In this document: positions 34,449-49,100 of the stretch, piece by piece
Layout: each line of letters opens with the position of its first letter
Position numbering within the stretch: the stretch's first letter is position 1
Source of the DNA: Isurus oxyrinchus
Taxonomy: Eukaryota
Assembly (NCBI GenBank): GCA_026770705.1
Contig: JANJGN010000034.1
Span: forward strand, 11,346,001-11,410,000
Direction of reading: 5' to 3'
Length of the DNA stretch: 64,000 nucleotides
Position numbers and translations under genes: made by a program
Notes under the pieces: generated by a model
Database searches by the model: none
What the model was told of the DNA's origin: nothing
The model's input: the letters and a program-made list of their open reading frames with translations, nothing else

Positions 34449-36057
34449 AATTCCCATCAGTGAATTGTCAGCAGGCCTCCCTGAGACTGAACACTCTATG
34501 CAGAGAACATATCCTTGTCATAATGGCAACAGGATAAGCATTGTGCTTTGTAATCCAGGACCACTTAACTGGGATTAGTGAGGCTTGGAGTGTGCACGTA
34601 AACTGTGCAAAGCCGTGGTCCTTGAATGATTCAACCGCCATCCACTTCCATATGCCTTTTGGAGGAACAGATGGCTAAACAAACCAACTCAAATGTAGCT
34701 CCAAAACTCAATGGATTCTCGAATGAATGCACACCCATTAGTCAAGGAGCAATAATCAATGGATATTTAACCCTAAAAGCCAGGTCTCAGCTGGGTCTTG
34801 TTATCCATGGCTTGAACAAACAATTAATAGGGTTTCCCATCCCTCCGCCCAAAGGATTATCCCTGACCTCCTCCCAGACACCTCTCATATCGAGATTTTC
34901 ACATTTGTTTTTCAATTGAGTCCTTACTGAGTAAAGAAAAAGATGATTATTCTGACGCTTGTGATTACGAACGACATCCACCAACCTCCACCTGCCAAAC
35001 ACCAGGTCCCTCTGTCCTCCTGCATAGCCACTGCCTCCTAATTCCACACCATCGTGTGACCAGCGTATCTTCCATTATTACCCTTCACCCCAATATAGTT
35101 CATACGGATATCCATTTTCTACTTCACCCCACAATTTCCTACAATGTTCATATCCCGACGTTCGTTGTTAGTGTGACCCCTTCCCTTCTCGAGGCAACAG
35201 ACAACGTTACTTTCCAAAATCCCCACCCTCCACCATGAGACCATCCAATTACCTGCTGGAAATGCCTTCCTTGAACATGGCTCTGCCCTCTGTATCCCAG
35301 TAGAATGCCCTGAAAGCCCAGGACCAAATAGCTGAGATGAATAGTCACATCCTGCCCACGATTCCCAGAATGACAGCCATTGCCCATCGAAGCCTTTCCT
35401 GATGCAAGACCGGGACCAATACTTATGTCACACGTAGGGACCTTTACCAAGGCCTGGGCACAGTGGCCACATCCCCTGGACAGTCTCTTAAACTTGTCCC
35501 CTGAACAATGTTACACCCTTCCCCAGGCAATCTCTTAAACTTGCCCCTCATGGACGCTCATTCACCCTTTCCCTCTGGTCCACCTGCAACCCCTCTTCCC
35601 CAAGCCCTGCCACCATCATACACTTCACCCTTTGTCGGGCCCCCTATGCCCAGCCTTGGTGCAGTTTGTGCGATAGGCACCTGAAATATCTCAATAACAC
35701 TGTACAAGTTAGATGAAAGCATCGCCTACTAGCCTTTCAATTGTGAACGCAGTGAGAGATCGCCATTTCCATGCTAGATATTTCCAGTCGTAAAACAGAA
35801 CGACCAATTAGCCGCTTTTAGGGAACTTCGTTTGGACGGGGAACGTGATTTCAGCATGTTGACCTTTTAGTAAGCATTCATGACATTCTAATGAATGCAG
35901 ATGGGCATCCCCCACATTGCTAATCCGGAAACCCGACCTGCCTTTAAGCTGCCTGCAATGTTGGCAGAAGAAAATCCCAAATTTTTTGCCTGCTGTCGGG
36001 AAACTGTTCTTGGCCTGTGATTGAGAAGCTGTGGGATCAGTAAGGCAAGGAGATGGC

Positions 36058-36120
36058 CCCAGGATCTAGTGATGTTGCCCAGGATCTAGTGATGTTGCCC
36101 AGGATCTAGTGATGTTGCCC
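36058..36120 (+). repeat. Perfect 20-bp tandem repeat x3 (CCCAGGATCTAGTGATGTTG)
   Basis: Directly visible. Confidence 0.97.
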
Positions 36121-36129
36121 TGCACTCAC

Positions 36130-36720
36130 AATGCCGAGGTGTTGAACATGGCCAGAAGGCCATGTTTGGACAATGTGTAAGAAGTCTCCAAAAAGTGACC
36201 CTGAAGAGGGAGTGAGAGCTTGTGGCAAAGATTGTGAATGCCCAAAGCATCTCACCTCAGACCTGGCAGTAGTGCCAATAAAGATTTAATGACCTCGCTT
36301 TGGGCAAGGTGGGCAAATGGATTAGCACACAGGGTCTGGTAATCAAAACAATTGACACCACACATCGCTTCAGGCACCAGGTCCTGACATTCAGGGGTCA
36401 TTCCTAACATCCTTACATCGACATCTCAACCAAACACACCTCCCAGCCATACCAGCTACCCACATGGTAGACACAGCCACCATATACTTCCAGAGATTCA
36501 GCTACTGCACACATCACACACACATTTAATGATGCCCTGGCCTCTCTCCTGCAGGAGAATACATTCACAACAGCTGCGAACGCCAGTGGACCAGAAGAGG
36601 ACCAGTCCAAATGCAGTCCCTCAGTGCTAAGAGGGGATTTACATTCGGAGCATTGGCAGAATTGCTACTGAACCAGTGGCATTTGGCGCAGTGTATGCCA
36701 TCCTAAATGATGGTTAGTTG
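36130..36720 (+). mobile_element. Harbinger Myb/SANT-like second gene remnant (two exons)
   Basis: VAKIVNAQSISPQTWQ*CQ*RFNDL..K/gtggg, then ctcctgcag/GAGAA...HNSCERQWTRRGPVQMQSLS. Confidence 0.65.
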
Positions 36721-39700
36721 TTGCCTTGTGCACTTTGCCCACTAACTTCCTACTCCCACCCTGAAAGGTGACATGAAATTAAAACTTGCAAATTTAGTTA
36801 CCATGGACAACACAGCCTCCTTTCTCTTATCCTTACTAAACGCCCCCAATAGTTTTCATCATCCAAAAACTGTCAGCTGCTCAGCACCTTCACAGAGAAT
36901 AAGATTTGAAGAGGAAACACAGTCACTGAACCAAACGGTCGCAGCCACCAGCCCAGATATTTGCACACTTGCATAACTGAGAGGCTAGTTTCAGAATCAG
37001 AATCTGCAAGTACTAAGTCATTAGGCATGCTTGGGCTGCAGCCAGGACAGGGTATAGGTGAGCTCCTGTGCCCTCTCATGATGCCCATGACACCTCCATT
37101 GCCCATTCATAACCCCATGACCCCTCATATCTACCAGGCTCCGCATACACTGTGCATAACCACTCATCCAGTATCCACTATGTGCAGAGCACATGAGACA
37201 AGTGATGCCAAACGAAAAGACTTTCAAATGCACTACAAAAAAATTGCATCTCTTACATGCACAGAAAATGTCAACCAAATGTGCATCCATTCATAATCCA
37301 GAGATAAAACTTCAGTCCTAATGGCGGAAAGAAATCTCTTAAGTGGTCATTAAGTTGTGAAATTAAACAACCACCCATTCAAAAAAAAATGCATTAAAGA
37401 AACTGAAACCAATGGCATGAGCATAAAACAGTCAGTTCGCTTCACAGCTGTGTCAAGAGATCCCCTGATGAGCTGAGTGGTTTCTGAAACTCAGCCAAGT
37501 ATTCCTAATGGGCTCAGCTGCAAAAAACAGACTATTACAGCGGAAAAGAATTATCACTTTTGAAGTAAAAGGAATGGATGGAGAGGTTTTCTTCTCAAAA
37601 TTTCAGTTTAGACCAGGAACAAATGGACAGATTTTTTTCAATCTTCAGATCACAAAAAACAGGCTCCCCCTCTCACATTTTTACATGTTTTTGAACGCAT
37701 AAGTACAATTTCCGCAATAAAAATATACCCTAATGCATCTCAATACGTAACCAGTTCTGGTCAATGTAATTCTCAACTTATCTTTTAAGGGCAGATAGTT
37801 CTGATCAATCATTGTATTAAAAACATAATTAAAGCGATAGAAAAACCATGAACACACACTTACACGGGTACACCGTCTTTAAAAGCACATATTATCTTAC
37901 ACCATCTAAACATGTTTGAACATATGTGTCAAAACGCTCAGGACTCCAGAGTAGTATTTCCCCCATGATTGCGAAATCCTCTGCGGAGCCATGAACGGCA
38001 TCGCCTTGGAAAGGTTGCCCTAAATGCATCAACATTGTACGGGGCTTTCAAAGGTCCACACCTCCAGCAACACCAACAACACCGCCCCCCCCGCCCACCC
38101 TCGCCCCGCAATGGAATCAGAACAGTTGCGAGTACAAGGTGCAGGGTCGCTTTCCTGTGCCGGCAAAAGCTGCTGACAATGGGAATGGGGCGGGTATCTT
38201 AGAATCCGGCCCCACCCACCAATTTTATAGACCTTCTGACTCGGTATGAAGGCACAAAAAGCCAGCCCCATGTGTGTGAACCTGTGTTTAAAACCTTGCG
38301 ATGAGACCTAGTGGACAAAATAATCTGCATTGTGAAATGTTGTTCAGGGAAGCCTCAAGTTACAAGATATATTCAATAACCTGTATAAAAGGTTTGGTAA
38401 GTAATCATGGGGCCTGGTACACAATGTAACACCAGAATTGGTTGATGCTGTGTATGGATTTGGGTAATGTTGTTTGTAGCATCGAACCCAGCCTATGTGA
38501 AACTACCGCCCTACTGCGGACTGACACTACTCTCCTGTTTTACACAGTACTTTCCAAATACGGACCCACAACAAATTGGAGGTCAGTCACTCCACCTCTA
38601 CTGCAATTATAGTATTAGTCGTCCATTCAGATAAAAAACGTGCCTCCACTATATACAGGGGACCAATTTGTGAGCAGCAAATGCAGTAGACTAAATTTAA
38701 AGATGTGTAAGTGAATCGCTGTCTCCCTTGGAATGCATAATTGGGTCCTTGGAAGGTAAAGAGGGGGAGATAAAGGGGCAACCGATAGGCCTTCTCTAAT
38801 TCCATGCAAAGGAGTGAGATGTTGGAAGACTGGACCAAGACGTAATGGAGGGAAATGTTCCTATGGAATGCTGACAGGAGACGTGATGGACTATTAAAGT
38901 GAAGCTTGGGATTTAGGAAGATAATTAGCATAAACGTTTCCTGCTAGAATGAAATGCTTTAAAATGCAACATGAAATAAAATGACAAATAGATTTCACCA
39001 TTAATGTGTTTCCCATTCACCGATATCAAAGTGGAAGTCTTCATTTGGAAATATGCATGGAAGAAGGCTATGGAAAACAGTTCAAGGGTTAAAACAATTT
39101 GATAGTTCGATACTTCATAGCATCAAATTAACAGTTATTTGTGAGTGCAACAAGTGCAATGTTACCCCCAATTCTATCAACAAAACTAACAGGACCAAAG
39201 AGCTGCACTTTCTTTCTATTCATACAATTAACTATTAAATAACTTGACCTTTGCATGGGTGAAATATAAGTTAATGAAATAGGATTCAGAAATGTGTACT
39301 TACCTATTACAACTTTTTGTTTGGTTGAGTTGTTGTTCCTTTTTGTTAATCCGTTTTAGGGGCTGAGAGGTATGTGTTCCGGCGCCATTCAAAGTAATGC
39401 TAGAAATGATGAGTTGTTGCACTTTTTGCTGCAGAGAGGCATTGTTGATACACTATTCTAATTCTGCAGGGAGGTTTGAGGCCATAGAACACGAGAAATT
39501 AATGGTTTTTCAAAAAGATAAGCGGACAAATCAGAGTCTATGGATATGTTAGGGAGATTGGGTCTAAGTAAAATAAGTGCGAAATATATTTTAATAACAT
39601 TATGCTAAAATGAAAAGCAGCAGTGGACTATACATTTATGGCAATCACCAACATCAGAGAAACTACGCATCCTTGTGTTTTATGCACTCCATCATGCAAA

Positions 39701-39769
39701 CATAAGTCAATAAGTTGTGGCATTTTCCCCGGTGCTCACTGGTGGGATCCAATGTCAGTTTTTTATTAC

Positions 39770-41720
39770 TTCGTTCATGGGAGGTTTCAATTACTGCCAG
39801 GCCAGCATTTATTGCCCATCCCTAGTTGCCCTTGATAAGGTGTTGGTGAGCTGCCTTCCTGGGACACTGCAATCCACATAGAGCACGTGTACCCACACTG
39901 TATTTGAGAGGGTTGGGTGTGGTGGTGGGCTGGTGTTTCCAAGATTTTCTCCCAGCAATAGTTGAATTTCCAAGTCAGGGGGGTGTGTGGCTTTAGGTTG
40001 GGGGCGTAGAAGGGTGGTGGCGATGGTGGACGTCCTGGTGGTTGTCTTCCCACTTGTCTGCTGCCCTTCTCCTCCGAGATAGTCGGGGTCTTGGGTTTGG
40101 GATGGGCTGTCTAAGAAGCATTGGTCAGCTCCTGCAGTGCAAGTTGCAGATGCATCGACATTGCTGCTACTATGCGTCGGAGGTGGAAGGAGTAAATGTT
40201 TGTGGATGAGCTGCCAATCAAGTAAGTTGCTTCGTCCTGGATGGTGTTGAGTTTCATGAGTGTTGTGGGAGCTGCATTCATCCAGGCAAGTGGGGAGTAT
40301 TCCATCACACTCCTGACTTGTGCCTTGTAGGTGGTGTACAGCCTTTGGGGAGTCAGCAGCTGAGTTACTCGTCACAGAATTCCCAGCCTCTTACCTGCTC
40401 TTGTCACCATGCTATTTATATGGCTAATCCAGTTCAAGTTATGGACAATACTAATCCCGAGGTTATTGGCAGTGTGGGATTCAGTGATGGTAATGACTTT
40501 CAATGTCATGGGGCAGTGAATAGATTTTCCCTTTTTGGAGAGGTTCCTAACAATTGTGTGGCACGAATGTTACTTGCTACTTGCCAGCCCAAACCTGGAT
40601 ATTGTCATGGTCTTGCTGCATTTGGACATGGATTGCTTCAGCGTCCGAAGGGTCACAAATGGTACTGAATTTTGACAATCATCAGTGAACATACCTCCTT
40701 CTGACCTTATAATGGGAGGAAGATCATTTATGAAGAAATTGACGATGGATTGGGGGAGGGGATTATCCCGATGAACCCACGCAGCGATGTCCCAGAGCTG
40801 ATATGATTGATCTCCAACAACTAGAGCCAACTTCCTTTGTGCGAGGTAAGACCCCCACCAGCCGACAGCTATCCTCCTCTTATCCATTGATTTTACTATT
40901 GCAAAGGCTCCTTGAAGCCACATTCGGTCGAATGCAGCCTTGATGTCAAGGGCAGTCACTCACACCTCAACTCTGGAGTTCAGATCTTCTGCCGATGTTT
41001 GAACCAAGGCTGCAATTGTTCAAACCATTACAGGAACTGAGCGATTTTTGTGGATCCCAAAGTTGGCACTGGTGAGTTGGTTATTTCGAAGCAAGTGTTG
41101 CTTGATAGCACTGCTGGTGATCCCCTACATCACTTTTCTGACTGTAGGGAGAAAACTGTTAGCGCAGTAATTGGCTGGGTTGGATTTCTAATGCTTTTTG
41201 TGCAGCGAACGTACCTGGGCAAATTTCCACAATGGCGGGTAATGCCAGTGCTGTAGAAGCCAATGCTGCAGCTGTACTGGAACAGCATGGCTAGGGTCGC
41301 AGCAATTTGAGAAACATAAGTCTTCAGTTCTGTTGCCACAATATTGTCAGGGCCCAAAGCCTTTGCAGTATCCAATGCCTTGAGCTGTTTGTTGATATCT
41401 CATGTAGTGAACCGAACTGACTGAAGACTGGCACCTGTAATGCTGGGGAACTCCGGCGAGGTCGAGATGGATCATCTTGGCACTTATGGCTGGAGATTGT
41501 TCCAAAAGACTCAGCCTTATCTTTTGCATTCACGTGTTGGTCTTCCCCATCATTGCGGATGGGGATTTTTGTGGAGCCTCCTCCTCCAATGAGTGGTTTA
41601 GTTGTCCACTACCATTCACAATTGGATGTGGCAGGACTGCAGAGCTTAGATCTGATCCGTTGATTATGGAATTCTTTAGCTCTGCCAGGTTAGCAATGGT
41701 GGCACCAGAATTGAACCTGG
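39770..41720 (-). mobile_element. CR1/L2-group LINE, ~2 kb 3' portion, decayed
   Basis: KALGPDNI; ALDIKAAFDRMWLQG; FFINDLP..MFTDDC RT motifs; EYSPLAWMNAAPT C-terminal region; 3' tail. Confidence 0.93.
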
Positions 41721-42898
41721 GGAGATTGTGGTGCAGTACCATTAACACTGTATTCGTAATTCAAAGGCCCAGCATAAGGCCCTGGGGACATGGGTTCAAC
41801 TGCTACCACAATATCTAATGGACTTTAAATTAAATTAATAAATCTGGAATATAATGCTCGTCTCAGTAATGGTGACTAACCAGGGCAACTATCAGTCATA
41901 GACAGATAATCAAGCTGGTTCACTAATGTCCTTTGGGGTAGGAAATCTGTGGTCCCTAACACTTATGGCTTCCAAACACACAGATATGTGGTTGACTCTC
42001 AACTGCCTTCTGAAGTGGCTTAGTAAGCCATTCAGTTCAAGGGCAATAAGGGATGGGCGGCAAATGCTGGCCTTGCGAGTGACACCCACATTCCATGATT
42101 TTTTTAAAAATAAATGCCAAGGTCTCCTGAATCTGATGATTTCTAATCACGTTTGTTGAATACATATGTACATTTGGAGTTCAGGGATGGAGAGGATATG
42201 ATTCCTGCTGTGAGCTGCAATTTTAAAATGTGAGATCTGTACAAACCTGCTGGGCACATACAGCAGTATGGTTGCATCAAAATGTATTGTTCTGAGAAAA
42301 AATATCTATTAAAATTTGAGTTGGACAATTATGATTCTTTCCCTCAAACCAGTCTGAAGTTCATCTTTTATCGGATTTAAAAATAAACTTACTAACTTCA
42401 TTGAAAATATTCGTAATGAAACCCGAATTTTCACTGAAGCATCACACAACCGTTCAAATACTACGTACAATAAACTCGTATGCGTTACATCATCTGGTGT
42501 TCCCGCTCGTAGAATTAAGATTGAGCCGTTATGTCTAATGGCTTCTGGGATCATACCACAATAAGTTCATCACCCCCAAAAGTTAATTCATTTAAGATTA
42601 GTCTGTAAACAAAGAAGTGTATAGCCAACAAATACTGTTCAATACTATCAATTATCAATGAACATATATTGTATGATGAGTTCTGTCTCAAAAACATCTA
42701 AGTATTTCGAGTATACTTAATTAAATAAATAATCTCTGAGGCAATATTCCTTGGCAATGTAAAAGTGTTGAGCTATTAGTTTACATGTTTCAGTAAATAA
42801 TCCTTATATGCAAACAATCATTTATTTCCCTTTTCCAATCTGAAATGTAGCAGGTATGGTGATAAGTTACAAAAATAATGATCTGTTGGAGCACCTGC

Positions 42899-43192
42899 AG
42901 CTACCATTTAGATTGTTTCGGTCACTTGTTACTCTGCAAAAGGAGTTGAATGCTTGGCACTTGAATCGTCCATCAGACCTAATCACTAGTGATATATAGT
43001 GAGAAATATAGTGAGAGTTCTATTACCACCACTTAGATCAAAGCTGCTATCCGTAATAATAGCGCGATTATCCTCAAGCCACTGATATGAAACTGCAATG
43101 CCTGATACGATGCATGTCAGATGTCAATACGGTGTCATTGTATTTGACTGTGTTGGTGACATTGGTGATAATATTAGGTTTATAAACAGGTT
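42899..43192 (-). pseudogene. Gene A, copy 2: CEACAM-like IgC2 pseudoexon
   Basis: Same frameshifts as copy 1 but retains the second Cys (GRFKCQAFNSF). Confidence 0.85.
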
Positions 43193-46100
43193 CTGTCAAA
43201 ACACAGGAAAGTAGGTATCAGACCTTAAAAGTAAATTTGGAGGATGGTGGATTTAGCTCCAAGTTCTAAAGGCAGCATTTCATTTTGAATTTTCATCTGT
43301 TGTTTCCTTTCGGTAATAATTCCTGTGATGCTGGTGTTAATAATTCTACGATCTTTATCCCCACCCCACTACCCCCACGCAACCCCCACCTCCCCCTCAC
43401 CACACGTGCCCCGCACACCCACACCCTCCGCCCCCAACGAGGTAAACCTGTCTCCTTGAATTTATTGCTCACTTAGAATATCAACTTAAATAAATTTCCA
43501 ATCATGAAAGGAACATAGCCTACTAAACCAATTACAGACTCGGTCCTAAAATAAAATGTCCTCTCCCCGAAGACCTCGAACCTAATGTATTTATTTGAAG
43601 ATAGAACATGCGTAGAGGTATCTTATAGCAGACTGAACTGTTGTGGAGTTTCCCAAAATCAGCTCTTCGGATTCTAACTTCGACTCCTAGGATATTTTGA
43701 TCATGTATGTGGGCTCGCGGGAGAATATAGATTGGGGACTGCAACTCTTGTGCACTTACTTAATACATGTTTTAAATCAAAGCCAAATATATATTACAGC
43801 TAATACATGAGACATATAGATGATAACTAAATCAAATCATATCATCTCAATAATATTTAAGGGAAATACATTTTAACCCACCATAATCAGCAGTTTTTTT
43901 TTGCATAAAAAACAAATATCAATTAAAGGTAATCATACGCACAAACCATTGTAATTACTCAAGATTCTGGAGTGTCTTTGTCTCAAATATAGGGATTCCA
44001 AGCTTAGACTGATACTCATTCTATGGCTGCAAAGAAGGCCAAAAGATTGTTGACCTATGGGCAACATTACCATCTGTCTGTTTAGAAACATCGCAGCTGA
44101 ACACAAAAAGGCTTTTGTCATGCATTGGTGTTTGTGATTCCAAAAGAAAAAGCAGTGAATGAAAATAAGCTATTTATCGGATCAATGTCATTGGTGAGTG
44201 TAGATAAGAGACATTTACAGACTAAATGGAAACATTTTGGTTGGCAGCCTTTCAAATAGTAGAGAGACAATCCAAAGGCTTTTTTGGTTATCTTTGGACT
44301 TGAGATCCTCGCAACGATTCATGTAGTGTATCCATGCTATAATATCAAGCTATATGCCTAATTGCTTTCCTCTATTAATGTTAATTAGTGCGTCTTAAAT
44401 TTGCAATAATTGTGTCAGGTTTGTCACACGGTGAACTTAAACCGTGCAAGATCTATCTGTTGATCCCTGAGATTCAGACTGCGCAGCAGAGACCAGGACT
44501 CCAGTAATATAACATTCTGCCCTTCTCATCATTCTCAAAATAAGAGCCAAACTACTCACTGCAATAAAAAAAGTTTCTCCTCATAATACTTTTGTTTATT
44601 TTATTGATTACTTTAAATTGGTGTCCTCACGTTCTCGATCCATTTCTACTGGGAATAGGTTCTCCCTAACTACTCTATCCAAACCCCTCACTATTCTGAT
44701 ACCTCCATGGAGCAGTTCCACTGTTGAGAAACCTACAGCTGGAATTTTAGCTTGATGGCGCAGCTGGGCTGAGTGCCAGTCAGAAATCGGGCTCCAGAGG
44801 CTCTTGATGTTTCTCACTGCTCGCTCAGCCTCTCCGTAGCTTGGAAACGGAAAGGCAACTGCTGACAAGAGCGATCCCATTGAGCTTGGCAAATTTTCTA
44901 AAGTGCTCATGGAAGGATTGTGGTCTGCAGTGAGACGGTTTTATCTGGAAACCCATGTGTGTAAAGTATGGCCAGCAGCATCTTGCACGGTTTCGTCCAT
45001 CACCTCATAAACACAGGGCGGGACTGGTGGACTAATAGACTGCAACAAGGCGGCAGCAGCCCGCCGTTCGCATGTAGGGTGTTGAAAGGAAGACACAGGG
45101 GTCCGCCCCTATGTCGTCAGTGGCCAGGCTGCCCCCTGCCTCTCACTCCAGCGCGTTTATGGGCCGGCAGCTACTGCAACGCCAACTGGGGAATTAGCAA
45201 ATTAACTTTTTCAACACTTCTTTCGCGTGACCGCCGTGCACCAGGGCTGTGCTGGAGAGCGCTACCTCGAAACAGGAAGTGCTAAATGTTACCCGCGCTG
45301 CGGCAAGGCCATAGAGACCGAGCATTTAACGTCTGAGCTGTGCACTCGCTGCCCCTCCCCAGCCACCAGTGAGCACAAAGGAAGTCACTATTGTCACAAG
45401 CATAGCAAGGTGCTATTCCGTGTCGGGGGCCACCCCACACTCCGTCATATCACCTCTGAACCAGCATTTTGAAAATGACACAGGCACTGCTCCAACATGG
45501 GCCACTGGACGTATTCAGGTTTCTGGGCAGTTCAACTTCCACAAAGTCACAGATTCTTGAAATTCTCCATCCCTGATGTTGTCTGAATAAATCAACACCG
45601 AGACCGTGAGTACCGATCCACCCGATAATAGGAAGCCCGTGCAGTGTCCATTCTCCAGGTGTTCTTCAAAAGCAGGAAAGCGGAAAATTGTGATATTTGA
45701 ACAACTTGTTTGGAAAAGGTCAGGACACCGGAACATTTCACACAAAAATGCCGAAGACACGAGATATTACTCCCAGATCAAGAACTGGCACGTTGCATGG
45801 TGCTGCGCCAACCCAGTTAAGTGGGACCGCTGATTGTCTCCCGCTCCAGCAATGTCTCAAGTTTGAAAAGGTTAAATGGCACTAAGTCCGAGTCACCTCT
45901 TAATCTCCGTGAGCCCCTTCTGTCCCCTGAAATCACAGCGATCCTCCAATTCTGGTCTCTGAATTACCCCGAACATTAATCACTCTTTCACGGTCGGACA
46001 TTGCTGTTCACCTGCCTCAGTCCTAAATTCAAGAAATCCGATCCTGAACATTTCCACTTCTCTACCTCTACCTGTTCAATAAGCAGCTTAAAACCGTTCC

Positions 46101-49100
46101 CTTTCACCGAGGTTACAGTCACTTGTCCTCTTTTTTTGCCCGGTGTCAAATTGAATTTAGTAACAGCGCTAAGAAGCAGCTCGTGACGCTGTGTTAGGTT
46201 AAAGGCCTATATAATTGTTAGGTTGTCTCGTTTTGTTTACTGGCCCTGTGTTATTGAAAGGATGACCTTAAATCGCCAGTGGGTGGAATTTCTCCCTGAG
46301 CCGGCAGCACAAATCGTGTGCGGTCACTTTGGCCGCCCATTAAAGCCCGTCGCCGTACCCCACGGCTCTTCCCCACACTCCGAATATCGGACCCCTCGCC
46401 GGCTTAGATCTGGTTTCCCGTTCCTATTTAGATCATTTGACCTCCTGGCGAGGAGGAGGCTAACGGAAGATGGCCGGCGACAGGGAAGTAATGCGATAAA
46501 GGCCGCAGATTCCTTCTACGTTCAACTGCGGCAGCAACACTGGGTACTCAGCTCTGAATGGACGGAGGTCAAGTCCGATGTTTATCGTCCCTCCCTATTC
46601 CAACGACAGACTGACCGATACCTTTCTCCCTGAATACTCAGTTCCTTTACCCCGCCTCAGTCGACGGCTCCACTGGGTTTGCGGGGGGTGGGGGGTTTGG
46701 TGGGGGCGGGGGGGCTGGGGGTGGGGGGGGGGGCGATGGGGACGGATGGGTGGAAATGCTTTGCCTCCGACTGTCACATTTATCTGAATGTTTTCTTTCA
46801 AGGTACTTAAACCCTGGGGATCAGCTAAGGAAAGGTAATCACATCAGTGAAGCGAAGCGGCCAAACTCGACACGGCATTTTCTTTTCTAAACTGATAATT
46901 CCTGTTATATTTTAACCTAATTCTCTGACAAGCTCTTTTTGTCTTCCTTCTCTATCTTTAAAAGAAATAATACGAGACATTGATACTCACCTTTATCCAT
47001 TAATAAGCAAAGAGCGACCACAGTTAAAAGGGGTCTGATCAACCCAAGAAAACCTCGCCCACTGTCACACTCTCGGTACAACTCGGTGACTGACCCGCAC
47101 TTCCTGGTGTGCAGAACAGATCAGGTCAATCATTGGCTAAAGCTGCAAAGCTGATTGGACCGAGTGCTTTTAACCCGACTGGAAACCTCACTTCACAGAA
47201 AAGCAGCTGCATATACATTCGAAATTAGGCTTGGCCTAAATAGCCAAGTGGTTATGGTACTGGGTTTGTAACCTCAAGAGTTCAAATCTCACAATGGCAA
47301 ACTATGAAACAATGTAACTTCATCTGAATAGGAACAGATGGAAACGTGTTTGTACTCGAAAGAGTTACTGCAGAAATTATTGAAAATATGCAACGAAGTC
47401 TGTTTATTGTTAGTTGAGCAATTAAAACATTTCTCCAGGAATTAAAACATTAAAACATTTTAAAAAAATCTCCGGGAATGTATTGCTAAAAGGTGAGTTT
47501 CAACTGGAAATGATTATTCCCTGGCCTACAATTTTAATCTAATTGGATAGTCCATTCAAAGGTTCCCGCTGATTGGCCTCCTTCTATAGTGGTGGGGGAC
47601 GGCGGGGGAGGAGGAAGGTGCATGGTGTCATTTATTCATTATGTTTTGCGGCTTAGTTGCCAACATTCTTGCTGTGAGCCGGTACGTTGTGGGTGCCATT
47701 TCCCACTCACGCTGTCCGCCACTGTTATGTGGCCTGCAGTCCTTCCAGTTCTCCACACGGGTCACGACTGTGAAAATAAACAAAAAGAGACATACATTCG
47801 TGTTCAGATGCTGTGCTTTTGGCATTGCTGTTCCCCTCCACCACCCCCACCCACCCCCGACCCCCACAGCCCCACACACCCCACCCATACCCCGCCCGCC
47901 GAGTTATCATACCAACAATGAATGCTCCTTCGGGAGGCAATTAAAATCGACCACAGATTAGGAGAAGCATGAGTTCTTGACAGTTTGGCAACATGTCAAT
48001 CAGAGGATATCTGGGAGCTTCAATCGAACATTTGGCCGAACATTTCACAAACAAACATGTCGGCAGCAGATCATCCATGACGTGGCACATCCGGAGTTCA
48101 ATGTTCAGGTGCAGGAAGGGTAGGGGATGAGGTAGGACTGACCAAGGGTAGGCCCACAGATTACTGACTTTCTGTTTCCGTGTTAAACCTATACTTGGTC
48201 CTACGTATTATATAAAAATTTTACGAAGCTGTCTTATTACAGAGAGCATATTTGTCCTTGCACTCGCTCTCTGAAAAACCACACTCAGTTTAGTCACTCT
48301 TCTTGTCATGCGTTTGTGCCCTTCGTATTGCATTGCGCATTGTATCCAAATAATCGTTCAGTAGTATCGAAGTTGAGTATTGCTGAAAAATTGACATGCA
48401 ATCAAATCTTTTCCTCTTCCACTCATCTGAATAGCTCGCAAAAATTGTAATGCGGGAAGAACAATTTATACTGCATGAGCAGAGAGTGTTGAATGGTTGG
48501 CAATAGGATTCTGATTAATGGAGTTGTTGCCATGGAGAATGCAGCATGAGACAGTTAGCTGCTCAGCTTTGTTAAAATTAAAGCCAGGCAGGACGACTCT
48601 GATTAGTGTAGTTGTTGCCCTGGGTAATGAAGCAGCGAATGAATTTTCCATAAACATATCTTTGGATGCAAGAAGGTGCAACATGTGAAAATGTTCATTT
48701 TGGTTGCAAAGGACAGGAGCCTGTGAGTGAATATATGTGAGCTCTAGGAGACACAAGTGAGCCACACTGCCACCTGACCGATAATGTTAAATTGCATTTC
48801 AGCATAATTCTTCGCACAATCAGGATTATTTGGCAGCTGTTGTCCTAACGTGGACCTTCGCCCTAAGTTGGACACTATATTTTGAGAGCTTTGCAAGCAA
48901 AGCCTGATTGGGGATAGTTAGTACCTTCCTTCCCTGTTGTGAACAGCCGAAGGGACATGCTGTTTGATACGACCTTCCAAATGCTGGGACGTATCGCCGT
49001 TGTACCTGACAATACACTGGCACTGAAATTCAAAGACCACATGGCCAATTGGTGAGTTAGGCCAAAAGCCTTTTTGGCTTGATGGCAACGTCCTTTTAGT

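Noticed and set aside
36058-36120. CRISPR-like repeat
   Set aside because: Head-to-tail perfect repeats with no spacers, in a vertebrate context
39304-39450. Strong minus-strand donor (TAG/gtaagt) as gene C non-coding exon 1
   Set aside because: A donor alone is insufficient; no promoter or transcript evidence
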